A DNA stretch of 64,000 nt from an uncultured Oscillospiraceae bacterium (GCA_964571055.1 CAZNAL010000002.1:1503-65502); one strand, 5' to 3'; positions 9,186-20,213 are shown, counted from the first letter of the stretch. Notes: a model not told the origin generated them from the letters alone. A program made the numbers and translations.

Positions 9186-10349
9186 TTAGACGATGAGTAG
9201 CGGCGAAGAATAATCAAAAACGGCGGGCGTGGACGAAGCGGACGCCATCACGGCTATCTCGCTTGCGAAGGCGTCGATCTTGTAAAGCCTTGCAGCGCTT
9301 TCGGGAAGGGAAGCTACTTGCGAAAAGCGCGTGACGACGGGTATCGTGCTGTTGGCGCACAGCGCTGAGAGAAGGGGGCGCGCGCTTTTTCGAAGACCCA
9401 GTACGCGTATATAAGGCGGGAGAGAAAGCATGTCGGCGGTGATGTGCAAAAGCGCGCACATGCTGATGCGCTTAAGGCTTGCAAGCGTATAGCGCTTTGT
9501 TTTGCAGGCGAAAAGAAAAGCCTCGTAGGAGGTTTGGCGGCGCGCTTCGCGGTACAGCACGTTTTCCAAGCCCTCGCGCACGTCGGGCAGTGCGGCAAGC
9601 GACGAAAGCGACATACCGCGCAGCGCGTATAAAACGACGGGGGATAATGCCTGCGCGGTTCGCGGGCTCACACTTTGCAGATCCTTTGCAACGTCCGGCG
9701 GCACGCAAGCGCAAACGCGCTGGGCTTCTCCGCCTATGATTTGCTTTCGGATGGCGCTGGCGCTCGCGTATGCGCCGGCGGCGTCCGGCGCGTCGTGCAT
9801 AGCGCCGGTACGCTTGATGCACAAGGGCGTTAGGTCCGCGTTTTGCGCCATGATGGCGCGTATATATTCCATACCCAGTATATCGTTGGGGCCGAAGGGA
9901 AAGGACGCGTGCGCGGCATTGGCAAAAGCCGCCGGGTAGGAGCGGCCCTTTTGAAGCTCTGCCTGTAGGGCGGCTGCGAAGGCGGGATCATTGGTGTGAA
10001 GGAGATTTGCCGCTTCCGTCAACGCAGCGACGTCGCCATGCTCGCTCCCAAAGCACAACGCGTCCACAATGCCAGAGGCTTGCAGCATGAAAACGCCGCA
10101 GGCGGCGAAGCGCTGGGCGCTTGCAAGGGAAAAGACGGTCGGCATTTCTATGACCATATCCGCGCCGTGCAGCAGCGCGTGCTTGGCGCGAAGATGCTTG
10201 GAGCATACGGCCGGTTCGCCGCGCTGCACAAAGTCGCCGCTCATCACGCATACGACGGGGCCGTCGTGCAAACGGCGCGCTTCCGAAAGCTGATAAGCAT
10301 GCCCGTTGTGAAAGGGATTGTATTCCGCGATAACGCCGACGCCTTGCAT
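9186..10349 (-). CDS. tmcAL: tRNA(Met) cytidine acetate ligase (YlbM/TmcAL nucleotidyltransferase)
   Basis: MQGVGVIAEYNPFHNGHAYQL (HxGH nucleotidyltransferase motif). The start is chosen at the Met directly before this motif. The track start at 10439 adds 30 non-conserved residues. Confidence 0.8.
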   Translation of the reverse strand: MQGVGVIAEYNPFHNGHAYQLSEARRLHDGPVVCVMSGDFVQRGEPAVCSKHLRAKHALLHGADMVIEMPTVFSLASAQRFAACGVFMLQASGIVDALCFGSEHGDVAALTEAANLLHTNDPAFAAALQAELQKGRSYPAAFANAAHASFPFGPNDILGMEYIRAIMAQNADLTPLCIKRTGAMHDAPDAAGAYASASAIRKQIIGGEAQRVCACVPPDVAKDLQSVSPRTAQALSPVVLYALRGMSLSSLAALPDVREGLENVLYREARRQTSYEAFLFACKTKRYTLASLKRISMCALLHITADMLSLPPYIRVLGLRKSARPLLSALCANSTIPVVTRFSQVASLPESAARLYKIDAFASEIAVMASASSTPAVFDYSSPLLIV

Positions 10350-10382
10350 GTATGTTGCCAGCCCTTCTTTTGTACTATGCCT

Positions 10383-10391
10383 ATTATAACA
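10383..10391 (-). promoter_or_regulatory. extended -10 promoter candidate (TGTTATAAT, minus strand) for tmcAL-ylbJ
   Basis: The reverse complement of attataaca reads TGTTATAAT. It lies about 34 nt upstream of ATG 10349. Confidence 0.3.
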
Positions 10392-10451
10392 AAGAAAGGT
10401 AAATATATCAGCGGGTAAAAAACAATTTACCATACACAAGCGGGCATTTTA

Positions 10452-10460
10452 TGATATAAT
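10452..10460 (+). promoter_or_regulatory. extended -10 promoter candidate (TGATATAAT) for pta-ackA
   Basis: tgatataat about 70 nt upstream of pta. No good -35. Confidence 0.35.
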
Positions 10461-10528
10461 AACAACGCTGAGTTTTCGCTCGGCCATTTTCAATGCCATT
10501 TGAGCTAATTTGAAAGGAGCTTCTACTC

Positions 10529-11527
10529 ATGTCCGTTATCGATCAGATCAAGGCGAAAGCCAAGAGCGACATTAAGAACATACTGCTTCCCGAGGGCGCG
10601 GAGGAACGCACCGTACAGGCCGCCCGCATCATTACCGATCAGGGCTTGGCGAGGGTTTCGCTTTTCGGCGATCCCGAGAAAATCAAAGCTACGGCTGATA
10701 AGCTTGGCGTAGCCCTTACAGGTATCGAGATTATCGATCCGGCCAAGGACGCGGATTTTGATAAGTATGTCGAAATGTTCTACGAGATGCGCAAGGCAAA
10801 GGGCGTGGATATGGAAAAGGCGAAAAAAACCATGCTGAATCCGCTGTTCTACGCCGCCATGATGATCAAAAACGGCAGGGGCGACGGCTTCGTTTCCGGC
10901 GCGATCAGCACCACGGGCGATACGCTGCGCCCGGGTCTGCAAATCATCAAAACGGCGCCCGGCGTTTCGACGGTTTCCAGCTGCTTTATCATGGAGGTGC
11001 CTGATAAGTCCTACGGCGAGAACGGCGTGTTGATCTTCGGCGACTGCGCCGTCAACATCGAACCCACCGCCGAACAGCTTGCGGCCATCGCCATCGCGTC
11101 GGCGCAAACGGGCAAGGCGCTCTGCGGGATCGAGCCGAAGGTCGCCATGCTTTCCTTCTCCACCAAGGGAAGCGCCAAGCATGAGAACGTGGACAAGGTC
11201 GCGCAGGCGACGGCGCTCGTCAAGGAGCTTGCGCCGGAACTGAACGTGGACGGCGAATTGCAGGCGGACGCGGCGCTGGTGGAAAAGGTCGGCCAGCTCA
11301 AGTCTCCCGGAAGCCCTGTCGCGGGTCATGCGAACGTTTTGATATTCCCCGACCTGCAGGCGGGCAACATTGGATATAAGCTTGTGCAGCGCCTTGCGGG
11401 TGCAGCGGCCATCGGCCCTGTCTGCCAAGGTTTTGCAAAGCCCATCAACGATCTGTCCCGCGGCTGCAGCGTGGAGGACATCGTTTCCGTCGTGGCGATG
11501 ACCGCTGTGCAGGCACAGAGCATGTAA
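10529..11527 (+). CDS. pta: phosphate acetyltransferase
   Basis: 332 aa. [15 protein letters not shown]...; [16 protein letters not shown]; [18 protein letters not shown]. Confidence 0.95.
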   Translation: MSVIDQIKAKAKSDIKNILLPEGAEERTVQAARIITDQGLARVSLFGDPEKIKATADKLGVALTGIEIIDPAKDADFDKYVEMFYEMRKAKGVDMEKAKKTMLNPLFYAAMMIKNGRGDGFVSGAISTTGDTLRPGLQIIKTAPGVSTVSSCFIMEVPDKSYGENGVLIFGDCAVNIEPTAEQLAAIAIASAQTGKALCGIEPKVAMLSFSTKGSAKHENVDKVAQATALVKELAPELNVDGELQADAALVEKVGQLKSPGSPVAGHANVLIFPDLQAGNIGYKLVQRLAGAAAIGPVCQGFAKPINDLSRGCSVEDIVSVVAMTAVQAQSM

Positions 11528-11567
11528 CTGAAATACAATAATACGGAATACAAAACGGAGGAAACGC

Positions 11568-12776
11568 ATGAAAATCTTGGTTATTAACGCAGGAAGCTCC
11601 TCGCTGAAATATCAGCTTATGGATTCGGAAAACGGCGACGTGATCGCAAAGGGATTGTGCGAGCGCATTGGCATCGGCGGGTCAAAGCTTACCTATAAAC
11701 CCACCGGCAAGGACAAGCATGAATTCCAAAAGGATATGAAGGATCATAACGACGCCATTAAGATGGTGATCGACGCGCTGATGGATAAAGAGATCGGCGT
11801 GGTGAAGGACATGGGCGAGATCGACGCGGTGGGACATCGCGTCGTCCATGGCGGCGAAAAGTTCGCAAAGTCCGTCCGCATCACCGACGAGGTCATCCAG
11901 ACCATCGAAAGCCTCAACAGCCTTGCGCCGCTGCATAACCCGGCGAACCTGATGGGCATTCGCGCGTGTCAAAAGCTTATGCCGGGAGTACCGATGGTCG
12001 CCGTATTCGATACCGCGTTCCATCAGACCATGCCCAAGAAGGCCTATATGTACGGCGTGCCCTATGAAGCGTATACCGATCTGATGGTGCGGCGCTACGG
12101 CTTCCACGGCACCTCGCATCTTTACGTTTCCGGCCGCGCGGTCGAAAAGTTGGCGGCGGAGGGCGTACCCGCGGAAAAGTCCCGCGTGATCACCTGCCAC
12201 TTGGGCAACGGCTCGAGCATCGCGGCTGTGCAGGGCGGCAAATGCGTGGATACCACCATGGGGCTTACGCCGCTTGAGGGCGTTCCCATGGGTACGCGCT
12301 GCGGCAGTATGGATCCCGCCATCGTTACATATCTTATGGATAAGCTGGGTCTTGACGCGAAGGGTATCGACGCTTATATGAATAAGAAGAGCGGTATGCT
12401 GGGCTTGTCCGGCGTGTCCAGCGACTTCCGCGATCTGGGCGAGGCGGCGGAGAAGGGCAACGAGCGCGCGGAGATCGCGCTGCAGTGCTTTAGCTATGCT
12501 GTCAAAAAGTATATCGGCGCTTACGCCGCCGCGATGAACGGCGTGGACGCGATTGTGTTTACGGCGGGCGTGGGCGAAAATGACCGCGCGACCCGCGCGC
12601 GCATCCTCGAAGGGCTTGACTATTTGGGCGTCGATGTGGACTTTGCCTATAACGACAGCTGTCCGCGCGGCGAAGAGGTCGAGCTTACGAAAAAGGGAAG
12701 CAAGGTCAAGGTATATGTCATCCCCACGGACGAGGAAATGGTCATTGCAAAAGACACCGCGCGGCTTGCAAAATAA
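11568..12776 (+). CDS. ackA: acetate kinase
   Basis: MKILVINAGSSSLKYQL; GHRVVHGG; RRYGFHGTSH; VFTAGVGEN. Confidence 0.95.
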   Translation: MKILVINAGSSSLKYQLMDSENGDVIAKGLCERIGIGGSKLTYKPTGKDKHEFQKDMKDHNDAIKMVIDALMDKEIGVVKDMGEIDAVGHRVVHGGEKFAKSVRITDEVIQTIESLNSLAPLHNPANLMGIRACQKLMPGVPMVAVFDTAFHQTMPKKAYMYGVPYEAYTDLMVRRYGFHGTSHLYVSGRAVEKLAAEGVPAEKSRVITCHLGNGSSIAAVQGGKCVDTTMGLTPLEGVPMGTRCGSMDPAIVTYLMDKLGLDAKGIDAYMNKKSGMLGLSGVSSDFRDLGEAAEKGNERAEIALQCFSYAVKKYIGAYAAAMNGVDAIVFTAGVGENDRATRARILEGLDYLGVDVDFAYNDSCPRGEEVELTKKGSKVKVYVIPTDEEMVIAKDTARLAK

Positions 12777-12779
12777 CCG

Positions 12780-12808
12780 TTGACAAACAGAGGGACGACG
12801 GATACAAT
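12780..12808 (+). promoter_or_regulatory. strong sigma-A-type promoter for yceD-rpmF (TTGACA-17-TACAAT)
   Basis: ttgaca aacagagggacgacgga tacaat, immediately after the ackA stop. Confidence 0.6.
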
Positions 12809-12835
12809 ATCTAAGGTTGGCTTTGAGGAGAAACG

Positions 12836-13351
12836 ATGAAGGTCAAAGTAGGCGCACAGCAGCGCGATTCCGCTTCCGGCGTTGCGTTTCACGAAAGTAA
12901 AACGTGGGCGCAAACCGACTTTGGCGGCCGGACGGTGTCGTTTGCATCTCCCATGCAGGTGGAGGGCGTTTGCGTTTACGATGGCGAGGGCTTTACCGTG
13001 ACGGGCGAAGCGCGCACAACGCTGTGCTCCGTGTGCGGAAGGTGCGGAAAATCGTTTGAGGAACCCTTCTCCTTTTCGTTCGAGGAGCGCTTCGAAAGAG
13101 CCGCGAACGAAGACGACGGCATATACGCTTATCAAGGCGATGTGCTCGACCTCACGGCCATGATACAAGACAATGTTTTCCTGCATCTGCCTCTTCGGAG
13201 CGTGTGCAGCGAGGATTGTAAAGGGCTGTGCCCCGTATGTGGGTGTGACCGCAATATTACGCAGTGCGACTGTGTGACGGAGGAGCCGGACGAACGTCCC
13301 AATCCCCTTTCCGCATTGGCGGCGCTGCTTAACGAGGATAAGGAGGTGTAA
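12836..13351 (+). CDS. yceD: YceD/DUF177 family protein (23S rRNA accumulation protein, YlbN-like)
   Basis: 171 aa. C-terminal [17 protein letters not shown] zinc motif. Located upstream of rpmF, as is usual for this family. Confidence 0.85.
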   Translation: MKVKVGAQQRDSASGVAFHESKTWAQTDFGGRTVSFASPMQVEGVCVYDGEGFTVTGEARTTLCSVCGRCGKSFEEPFSFSFEERFERAANEDDGIYAYQGDVLDLTAMIQDNVFLHLPLRSVCSEDCKGLCPVCGCDRNITQCDCVTEEPDERPNPLSALAALLNEDKEV

Positions 13352-13353
13352 TC

Positions 13354-13542
13354 ATGGCAGTCCCCAAGAGAAAAACTTCTAAGGCAAGGCGCGATTCCCG
13401 CAGAGCCAACTGGAAGCTCTCCATGCCCGGCATCATGGAATGTCCGCAGTGCCACGAGCCTAAGCTCGCGCATCGGGTATGCAAGAATTGCGGCTATTAC
13501 GATGGCAAGCAGGTCGTCAACACGGAAAAGGCCGAGGCTTGA
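13354..13542 (+). CDS. rpmF: 50S ribosomal protein L32
   Basis: [21 protein letters not shown]...[20 protein letters not shown]. Confidence 0.95.
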   Translation: MAVPKRKTSKARRDSRRANWKLSMPGIMECPQCHEPKLAHRVCKNCGYYDGKQVVNTEKAEA

Positions 13543-13566
13543 TCGTTCCCCAAACAGCATTGTTTA

Positions 13567-13591
13567 GGGCTTTCCGACGGGAAGCCCTTTT
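13567..13591 (+). terminator. intrinsic terminator after rpmF
   Basis: GGGCTTTCC gac GGGAAGCCC (9 bp including one G.U) followed by TTTT. Confidence 0.65.
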
Positions 13592-13625
13592 CGTCGTATA
13601 AGGATATAGTCTGGGAGGTTTACTT

Positions 13626-14645
13626 ATGACCAAGCTGCGCATTGCAATCGACGCCTTTGGCGGCGACAATGCACCGCAAGCCGTGGTGGAAGGGTGCGTA
13701 CAAGCCCTTGCGAAGCATGACGATTGGAGGGCCATATTAACGGGCGACGAAGCGCGCATTCGCGCGGCGTTGGAAAAGCACAGCTATGACGCTGCGCGCG
13801 TGGAGATCGTCCACGCGCCGGAGATCATTACCTGCGAGGAGCAGCCTACCGTCGCCATCAAGCGCAAAAAGGATTCTTCCCTCGTGCGCGCCCTGCAAGC
13901 GGTCAAGGACGGGCAGGCAGACTGCGTGCTTTCCGCCGGCAGCACCGGCGCGCTGCTTGCGGGCGCTACGCTGATTATTCGGCGGCTGCCGGGCGTCAAA
14001 CGCCCCGCCTTGGCGGTGCTGATGCCAACGGTAACGGGCAGCCATATCCTTCTGCTGGATTCCGGCGCCAACACGGATTGCAAGCCTTCCTATTTATTGC
14101 AGTTCGCCGTCATGGCGGACGCGTATATGCGCAAGGTCGAGCATGTGGAAAAACCGCGCGTAGGGCTGCTGAACAACGGCGCGGAGGCGGAAAAAGGCAA
14201 TATGCTTACCAAGGCCGTTTATCCGCTGCTGCAAAACGCCCCCATCTGCTTTGCCGGGAACTGTGAAGCGCGGGATATTCTGTCCGGCGATTTCGACGTG
14301 GTGGTTTGCGACGGCTTCGATGGCAACGTGGTGCTCAAGTATACCGAGGGCATGGCCTCCGCGCTCATGGGCATGCTGAAAACCGAGCTGACGGCGGATA
14401 CGCGCTCCAAGCTGGGCGCAGCGTTGGCAAAGCCTGCCTTCAAGCGCTTTAAGCGCAAGCTTGACTATACGGAATACGGCGGCGCGCCGCTTTTGGGTAT
14501 CGCGGGCGGCGTGATCAAGGCGCATGGCAGCTCCAACGCCAAGGCCTTCTCTTCGGCGATCGAGCAGGCGCGCGCTTTTGCGGCGGCAGACGTGAACGCC
14601 AGCATCACGGAGGCGCTTGCGGCCTTGCCGGAGATAGAGGATTGA
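13626..14645 (+). CDS. plsX: phosphate acyltransferase PlsX
   Basis: RIAIDAFGGDNAP; VVCDGFDGNVVLK; GGVIKAHGSS. Confidence 0.95.
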   Translation: MTKLRIAIDAFGGDNAPQAVVEGCVQALAKHDDWRAILTGDEARIRAALEKHSYDAARVEIVHAPEIITCEEQPTVAIKRKKDSSLVRALQAVKDGQADCVLSAGSTGALLAGATLIIRRLPGVKRPALAVLMPTVTGSHILLLDSGANTDCKPSYLLQFAVMADAYMRKVEHVEKPRVGLLNNGAEAEKGNMLTKAVYPLLQNAPICFAGNCEARDILSGDFDVVVCDGFDGNVVLKYTEGMASALMGMLKTELTADTRSKLGAALAKPAFKRFKRKLDYTEYGGAPLLGIAGGVIKAHGSSNAKAFSSAIEQARAFAAADVNASITEALAALPEIED

Positions 14646-14735
14646 CATCAACAACCATTCGGAATAAACTATAAAAAGAGGGGTATGGCTAAAAGCCATA
14701 TGCTTTCTACTGTGAATCGAAAGGTGGATATGGAA

Positions 14736-14957
14736 ATGGAATTTGAGAAGGTTCGCGCGGCGATTGCGACGCAGCTGGACATTGATGAAGCGCAGATCAC
14801 CATGGAATCTAAGCTGATCGAAGATCTGAAGGCGGATTCGCTGGACGTCGTGGAACTGATCATGGATCTGGAACAGTCCTATGGCGTGGAAATACCGGAT
14901 GATGAGCTGCCCAATATCCATACGGTTGGCGACATCGTCGGGTTCCTCAATAAATAG
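14736..14957 (+). CDS. acpP: acyl carrier protein
   Basis: ...LIEDLKADSLDVVELIMDLE (DSLD phosphopantetheine site). AAGGTGG RBS 8 nt before ATG 14736. ATG 14730 or 14685 are in-frame alternatives. Confidence 0.9.
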   Translation: MEFEKVRAAIATQLDIDEAQITMESKLIEDLKADSLDVVELIMDLEQSYGVEIPDDELPNIHTVGDIVGFLNK

Positions 14958-14975
14958 ACTTATTGTGCAGCGACC

Positions 14976-14996
14976 CGCATCATTGATGCGAGTTTT
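14976..14996 (+). terminator. weak hairpin/attenuator between acpP and rnc
   Basis: CGCATC att GATGCG followed by AGTTTTCT. Only a 6-bp stem. Confidence 0.3.
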
Positions 14997-15013
14997 CTGT
15001 ATGGAGGCTTACA

Positions 15014-15721
15014 TTGGACTACGAACGGCGCGTAAAATTGGAGGCGTGGCAAGAAACCATCGCCTATTCCTTTCATGATCTGACGCTGTTGGACACGGCG
15101 CTGACCCACACCTCTTATGTAAAGGGCGAGGGCAAGGGCGGCGTCCATAACGAGCGTATGGAATTTTTGGGGGATGCCGTGCTGGAGCTTAGCGTAAGCC
15201 GGTATTTATACAGCAATTATCCACGGCAAAACGAGGGCGTTATGACGCGCATACGGGCGCTCACGGTATGCGAGGGCGCGCTGTTTCAAGCGGCGCAGAA
15301 GCTCGCGCTGGGCGATAGGCTTCGCATAAGCCGCGGAGAGGAACGCTCCGGCGGGCGCGAAAAGCCGTCCATCCTTTCCGACGCGCTGGAAGCCGTGATC
15401 GGTGCGATCTATTTGGACGGCGGGATGGAGGCGGCGGACGCCTTTATCCTGCGCTTTATCTGCCCCGCCGTACAGGAAGCGGAGAAGCGAGTCAATACCA
15501 AGGATTATAAAACGCAATTACAGGAATACGTCCAAAGGGAACATCGGGGCAGCGTCGAATATGTACTGCAAAGCGAGAGCGGCCCCGCGCATAAAAAAGC
15601 CTTTGTGATACAATGCGTTTTGGGAAACGAAGCGCTGGGCGTCGGCGAAGGCGCCTCTAAGCAGGAAGCGGGACAGGCGGCGGCGAAGGCGGCCTTGCTG
15701 CAACTGGGTCAACTATCTTAA
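15014..15721 (+). CDS. rnc: ribonuclease III
   Basis: TTG start with GGAGG RBS. Signature ERMEFLGDAVLEL and a C-terminal dsRBD (...GPAHKKAF...EGASKQEAGQAAAKAAL). Confidence 0.95.
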   Translation: MDYERRVKLEAWQETIAYSFHDLTLLDTALTHTSYVKGEGKGGVHNERMEFLGDAVLELSVSRYLYSNYPRQNEGVMTRIRALTVCEGALFQAAQKLALGDRLRISRGEERSGGREKPSILSDALEAVIGAIYLDGGMEAADAFILRFICPAVQEAEKRVNTKDYKTQLQEYVQREHRGSVEYVLQSESGPAHKKAFVIQCVLGNEALGVGEGASKQEAGQAAAKAALLQLGQLS

Positions 15722-15744
15722 CGAAAGCGGTACATGGATACAGC

Positions 15745-18700
15745 ATGCGGTTGAATAAACTGGAAATCAACGGTTTTAAGTCATTTGCCAGAAAAACAGA
15801 GCTGGATTTTGAACCGGGCGTGACGGCTGTCGTAGGTCCCAACGGCTGCGGAAAAAGCAACATTTCCGACGCGGTGCGCTGGGTGCTTGGCGAACAGAGC
15901 GCCCGCGCTTTGCGCGGCGCGAAGATGGAGGACGTCATCTTTAACGGTACGGAGCAGCGAAAGCCGCTCTCCTTTTGCGAGGTCGCGCTGACCTTTGACA
16001 ACACGGACGGTCAGCTTCCCACGGCGTATACAGAGGTGACGGTAACGCGCCGCGTATACCGCTCTGGGGACAGTGAGTACCTGCTTAACGGCAGCGGCTG
16101 CAGACTGAAGGATATTCAAGAGCTCTTTCGGGATACGGGTATCGGCAAGGAGGGCTACTCCATCATCAGCCAAGGCAAGGTGGAGGAGATACTCTCCAAC
16201 AAATCCGGAGATCGCCGCGCTGCGTTTGAGGAGGCGGCGGGCGTGATGAAGTATCGCGTGCGCAAGGAAGACGCCGAAAGAAAGCTGGAAAACACAAAGA
16301 AGAATCTAGTGCGCCTTGAGGACATACTGGAGGAGCTGGAGGGGCAGATCGGCCCGTTGAGCGAACAGAGCGAGGTGGCGCGCGCGTATCTGCGCCTGCG
16401 TGACGAGCTCAAGGATATCGAGGTCAACGTATTCCTTTCCCAATACGATAAGCTCAACGAGCGCATCAAAAACCTGATGGAAACGATGCGGCAGATGGAC
16501 GATGAGCTCGCGGGCGGCGGCGATAAGGAGGCTTCGCTTGCGTCCGCCTGCGCCGAGGCGGAGGAGAAGGAGCGCGCGCTTAACGCTTCCATGAACGAGC
16601 TGCAAAATAAGCTCCTGACGCTTTCCTCGGGCATGGAATCAAACGCCGGCGACGCGAAGGTTATGCGGGAACGCATGGCGAATATCGAGAGCGAGCGCGC
16701 TCGCCTGAAAGAGCAGATCGAACAAGCCGAGAAGACGCGCCTGCAGATATTGGAAGGGCTTTCCGGCTTCGATGAAGCCGCGGAGGAGAAGAACAGGGAT
16801 TTTGCGGCTTTGCGCGCGGAGCTTGCGAAAACACAGGACGAATATACGGCGCTGAACGCGGAGATCGAGGAAAAGGAAGCCCAGCTTGAACAACAAAAGC
16901 AAAGCTTGATCGACGCCTTGAACCGCATTTCCGAAGCGAAAAGCCAAGCTTCCCGCTTAAGCGCGATCAAGGATACGCTGCACGCGCGCCTTTCCGACAT
17001 AGAGGAGGAGGAAGCCCGCGTTCGGGCGGAGGGCGAGAAGCTGCAGCGCGAATTCAAAGAGGCAAACGGACATTTTCAGCTCTTGCAAGAGGACTTTTTA
17101 CGTCGCGAGAACGCGAAGAAGGCCGCGATAGCGGCTGTAAACGAAGCGAATCAGCAGATCATGGAGGCGCAGCGAACGCAGGGCGAGCTATCGCGCAACC
17201 GCGAGGCGGCGCGTGCGCGCATTCGCGTGCTGGAGGAAATGAAGAAGGCGCACGAAGGATATTATACGAGCGTGCGCAATGTTTTGACGGATACGGCGAC
17301 CTCGCTGGAATTGAAGAAGCGTATCATCGGCGTGGTGGCGGATCTGGTCAGCGTTCCCAAGGAATACGAGGTGGCGGTGGAGATGTCGCTGGGCTCGGCG
17401 CTGCAAAACATCGTTACGCCCAACGAGCAGGACGCCAAATATGTGATCGAATACCTCCGAAGCAAGCAGTACGGGCGCGCTACGCTCCTGCCGGTTACGA
17501 GCATGCGCGCGCGCACGCTTACGCAGCAGGAAAAGCAATGCTGTATGGTAAAGGGCTATATAGGCGTCGCGTCGGAGCTTGTGGGATACGATGAGAAGTA
17601 CAAAAACATATTTGAAAACCTGCTTGGCCGCACCATTCTTGTGGAGGATTTAGACGCGGGCATCGCCATCAACAGACAGGCGCGCGGCGCGTTCCGCATC
17701 GCCACACTCAAGGGCGACATTATCAATCCCGGCGGCTCCATGACAGGCGGCAGCTCGCAGAAGCGGGAGTTCAGCTTGATCGGCCGCACAAGGGAGATCG
17801 AGGAGCTGCACGCGGGGCTCAAAGAAGCCGATAGACGGATGGCGGAAAGCGAAAGGACGGCGGAAGCGTTGGCGAACGTCCTGCGCAAGGCCAACGCGGA
17901 CATGGAGGAAGCGAACAAAAACCTGCATGTGAACGACGTGGAGCTTGCGACCCACCGCGAAAAGGTGGACATCATCAAAAAATATGTGGATGAAAATGCC
18001 GCGGAACTGGAACGTTTACAGCTTGAACGCAGCCAGATCGGCGACAATCTCGCGGATATTGACAGGCAGAGCCAGCAGGCGGAGGAAAGCCGGGAAGGCT
18101 TGGAAAGCGGCAACGCCGTAACGCAGGAGGACATCAAGAAAGCGCAGGCGGCGCTTACGGGCCTTCGCGCGCGGCAGGAAGAAAAGAACGAAAACGTCAC
18201 GGCGCATAAGGTGAAGCTCATGGGCTTAGAAAAAGAGCTTAACGCCGTGCAGGGCGACATCGCGCGCATGCGCCGCGAAGCGGAGCAGTACGAAAAGAGC
18301 GTCGAGCGAGACAACAGGACGCTTGCGGAAGCCGACGAACAGATGAAAAAGCTGCAAGCGGACATAGAAAGCCTCGGCGGTAAGATCGACGAGGAGCGGC
18401 AGGATATTGGTCTTTTGCAGCAGCAGCTTCATGAAACGGAGAACGAACGCGACCAGCATGTGAGCATGTTGGACGATATGCGTACGCGAAGGGAAAACCT
18501 TTCGATGGAGCTTTCCGACCTGCGCGAGCGCCGGCATCGATCCGAGCTTAACCAAAGCAAGGCGCAGATGGAATTGCAGACTATGCAGGATCGCATATGG
18601 GAAGATTATGAGCTTACCTATGATAACGCGCTTTCCATGCGCCATCCGATCGCGATCACGGCGTCCCATTTGCGTATCGACGAGCTGAAGCGGGATATCC

Positions 18701-19314
18701 GCGCCTTGGGCGACGTTAACGTCAACGCCATCACGGATTATCAAAACGTCAAGGAACGCTTTGACTCCCTGACCTTGCAGATCGACGATCTGCACAAGGC
18801 GGAAGACGATTTACAGGAACTGATCGAGGATTTGGTTCGCACGATGGAGAACGAGTTTAAAAAGCAGTTTTCCAAGATACAGGAGAACTTTGCTGTGGTC
18901 TTCAGCGAACTCTTTGGAGGCGGACGGGCGGAGCTCGTGCTTTCGGATAAGAGCGACATCCTCAACTGCGACATCGATATTATCGCGCAGCCGCCGGGAA
19001 AGAAGCTGCAAATGCTCTCCCTCCTCTCGGGCGGCGAACGCGCGCTTACGGCTATCGCCTTGATTTTCGCGATCTTGAAACTCAAGCCCACGGCGTTTTG
19101 CATACTCGACGAGATCGAAAGCGCGCTGGATGAGGTCAATGTGTCTAACTTTGCTAACTATGTAAAGCGCTATTCGGCGGATACGCAGTTTATTCTCATC
19201 ACGCATCGCAAGGGCAGCATGGAGGTCAGCGATTCCATATACGGCGTTTCCATGGAGGAGCGCGGTATTTCCCGCGTGATCTCGGCAAGATTCAGCGAAT
19301 ATGAGGCGGTATAA
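15745..19314 (+). CDS. smc: chromosome segregation protein SMC
   Basis: 1189 aa. MRLNKLEINGFKSF...GPNGCGKSN (Walker A), long coiled coils, hinge, LSGGERALTAIAL (signature) and CILDEIESALD (Walker B). Confidence 0.97.
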   Translation: MRLNKLEINGFKSFARKTELDFEPGVTAVVGPNGCGKSNISDAVRWVLGEQSARALRGAKMEDVIFNGTEQRKPLSFCEVALTFDNTDGQLPTAYTEVTVTRRVYRSGDSEYLLNGSGCRLKDIQELFRDTGIGKEGYSIISQGKVEEILSNKSGDRRAAFEEAAGVMKYRVRKEDAERKLENTKKNLVRLEDILEELEGQIGPLSEQSEVARAYLRLRDELKDIEVNVFLSQYDKLNERIKNLMETMRQMDDELAGGGDKEASLASACAEAEEKERALNASMNELQNKLLTLSSGMESNAGDAKVMRERMANIESERARLKEQIEQAEKTRLQILEGLSGFDEAAEEKNRDFAALRAELAKTQDEYTALNAEIEEKEAQLEQQKQSLIDALNRISEAKSQASRLSAIKDTLHARLSDIEEEEARVRAEGEKLQREFKEANGHFQLLQEDFLRRENAKKAAIAAVNEANQQIMEAQRTQGELSRNREAARARIRVLEEMKKAHEGYYTSVRNVLTDTATSLELKKRIIGVVADLVSVPKEYEVAVEMSLGSALQNIVTPNEQDAKYVIEYLRSKQYGRATLLPVTSMRARTLTQQEKQCCMVKGYIGVASELVGYDEKYKNIFENLLGRTILVEDLDAGIAINRQARGAFRIATLKGDIINPGGSMTGGSSQKREFSLIGRTREIEELHAGLKEADRRMAESERTAEALANVLRKANADMEEANKNLHVNDVELATHREKVDIIKKYVDENAAELERLQLERSQIGDNLADIDRQSQQAEESREGLESGNAVTQEDIKKAQAALTGLRARQEEKNENVTAHKVKLMGLEKELNAVQGDIARMRREAEQYEKSVERDNRTLAEADEQMKKLQADIESLGGKIDEERQDIGLLQQQLHETENERDQHVSMLDDMRTRRENLSMELSDLRERRHRSELNQSKAQMELQTMQDRIWEDYELTYDNALSMRHPIAITASHLRIDELKRDIRALGDVNVNAITDYQNVKERFDSLTLQIDDLHKAEDDLQELIEDLVRTMENEFKKQFSKIQENFAVVFSELFGGGRAELVLSDKSDILNCDIDIIAQPPGKKLQMLSLLSGGERALTAIALIFAILKLKPTAFCILDEIESALDEVNVSNFANYVKRYSADTQFILITHRKGSMEVSDSIYGVSMEERGISRVISARFSEYEAV

Positions 19315-19316
19315 AT

Positions 19317-20213
19317 ATGGCGTTTGATTTGTTTCAGAAACTCAAGCAGGGATTAAGCCGGACGGGCAGCGCGCTGCAAAGCGTTTTTTCTGGCGCGGAG
19401 CGCATCGACGAGGACTTTTACGACGAGCTTGAGGAGGCTTTGATCTTAGCCGACACGGGCATGGATACGGCTGCTGCGATATTGGACGCGCTCAAGGAGA
19501 AGATCGAGGCGGATAAGATAAAGGAACGTAGCGAAGCGCGCTTGGCGCTGCGCGAGGTGCTTGCCGAACGCATGCGGCCGCGGACGCCGTTTCTTGCGGA
19601 TGCGTCGCCCGCCGTCGTGCTGATCGTCGGCGTGAACGGCGTGGGGAAGACGACCTCGATAGGCAAGCTCGCGGCCTTCTATACCGCCGAAGGAAAGAAG
19701 GTCATGCTGGCGGCGGCGGATACCTTCCGCGCGGCGGCGGCGGAGCAGCTGGAGGTTTGGGCATCGTGCGCGGGCGTTCCCATCGTCAAGCACGGCGAGG
19801 GGGCCGATCCTGCGGCGGTCGTATTTGACGCGTGCGCGTCCTGCAAAGCGAAGCATTGCGATATGCTCCTTTGCGATACGGCGGGACGGCTGCACAACAA
19901 GAAGAATCTGATGAACGAGCTGGAAAAGATACGCCGCGTGATCGACCGGGAGATGCCGCAAGCGCAGGTTGAATCGCTGCTTGTGATCGACGCGACCACG
20001 GGGCAGAACGCGATCGCGCAGGCGGAGGCGTTTTCCGAGGCGACGGGGCTTACGGGCGTTATTTTAACCAAGCTTGACGGAACGGCGAAGGGCGGCGTGG
20101 CGCTTGCCGTGCGGGACGCGCTGGGGATACCGGTGCGCTTCGTGGGCGTGGGCGAGGGTATTGACGATTTGCAGCCCTTTGACGCGGCGGCTTTTGCGGA
20201 GGCATTGCTATGA
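19317..20213 (+). CDS. ftsY: signal recognition particle receptor FtsY
   Basis: GVNGVGKTTSIGKLA; DTAGRLHNK; ILTKLDGTAKGG. Confidence 0.95.
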   Translation: MAFDLFQKLKQGLSRTGSALQSVFSGAERIDEDFYDELEEALILADTGMDTAAAILDALKEKIEADKIKERSEARLALREVLAERMRPRTPFLADASPAVVLIVGVNGVGKTTSIGKLAAFYTAEGKKVMLAAADTFRAAAAEQLEVWASCAGVPIVKHGEGADPAAVVFDACASCKAKHCDMLLCDTAGRLHNKKNLMNELEKIRRVIDREMPQAQVESLLVIDATTGQNAIAQAEAFSEATGLTGVILTKLDGTAKGGVALAVRDALGIPVRFVGVGEGIDDLQPFDAAAFAEALL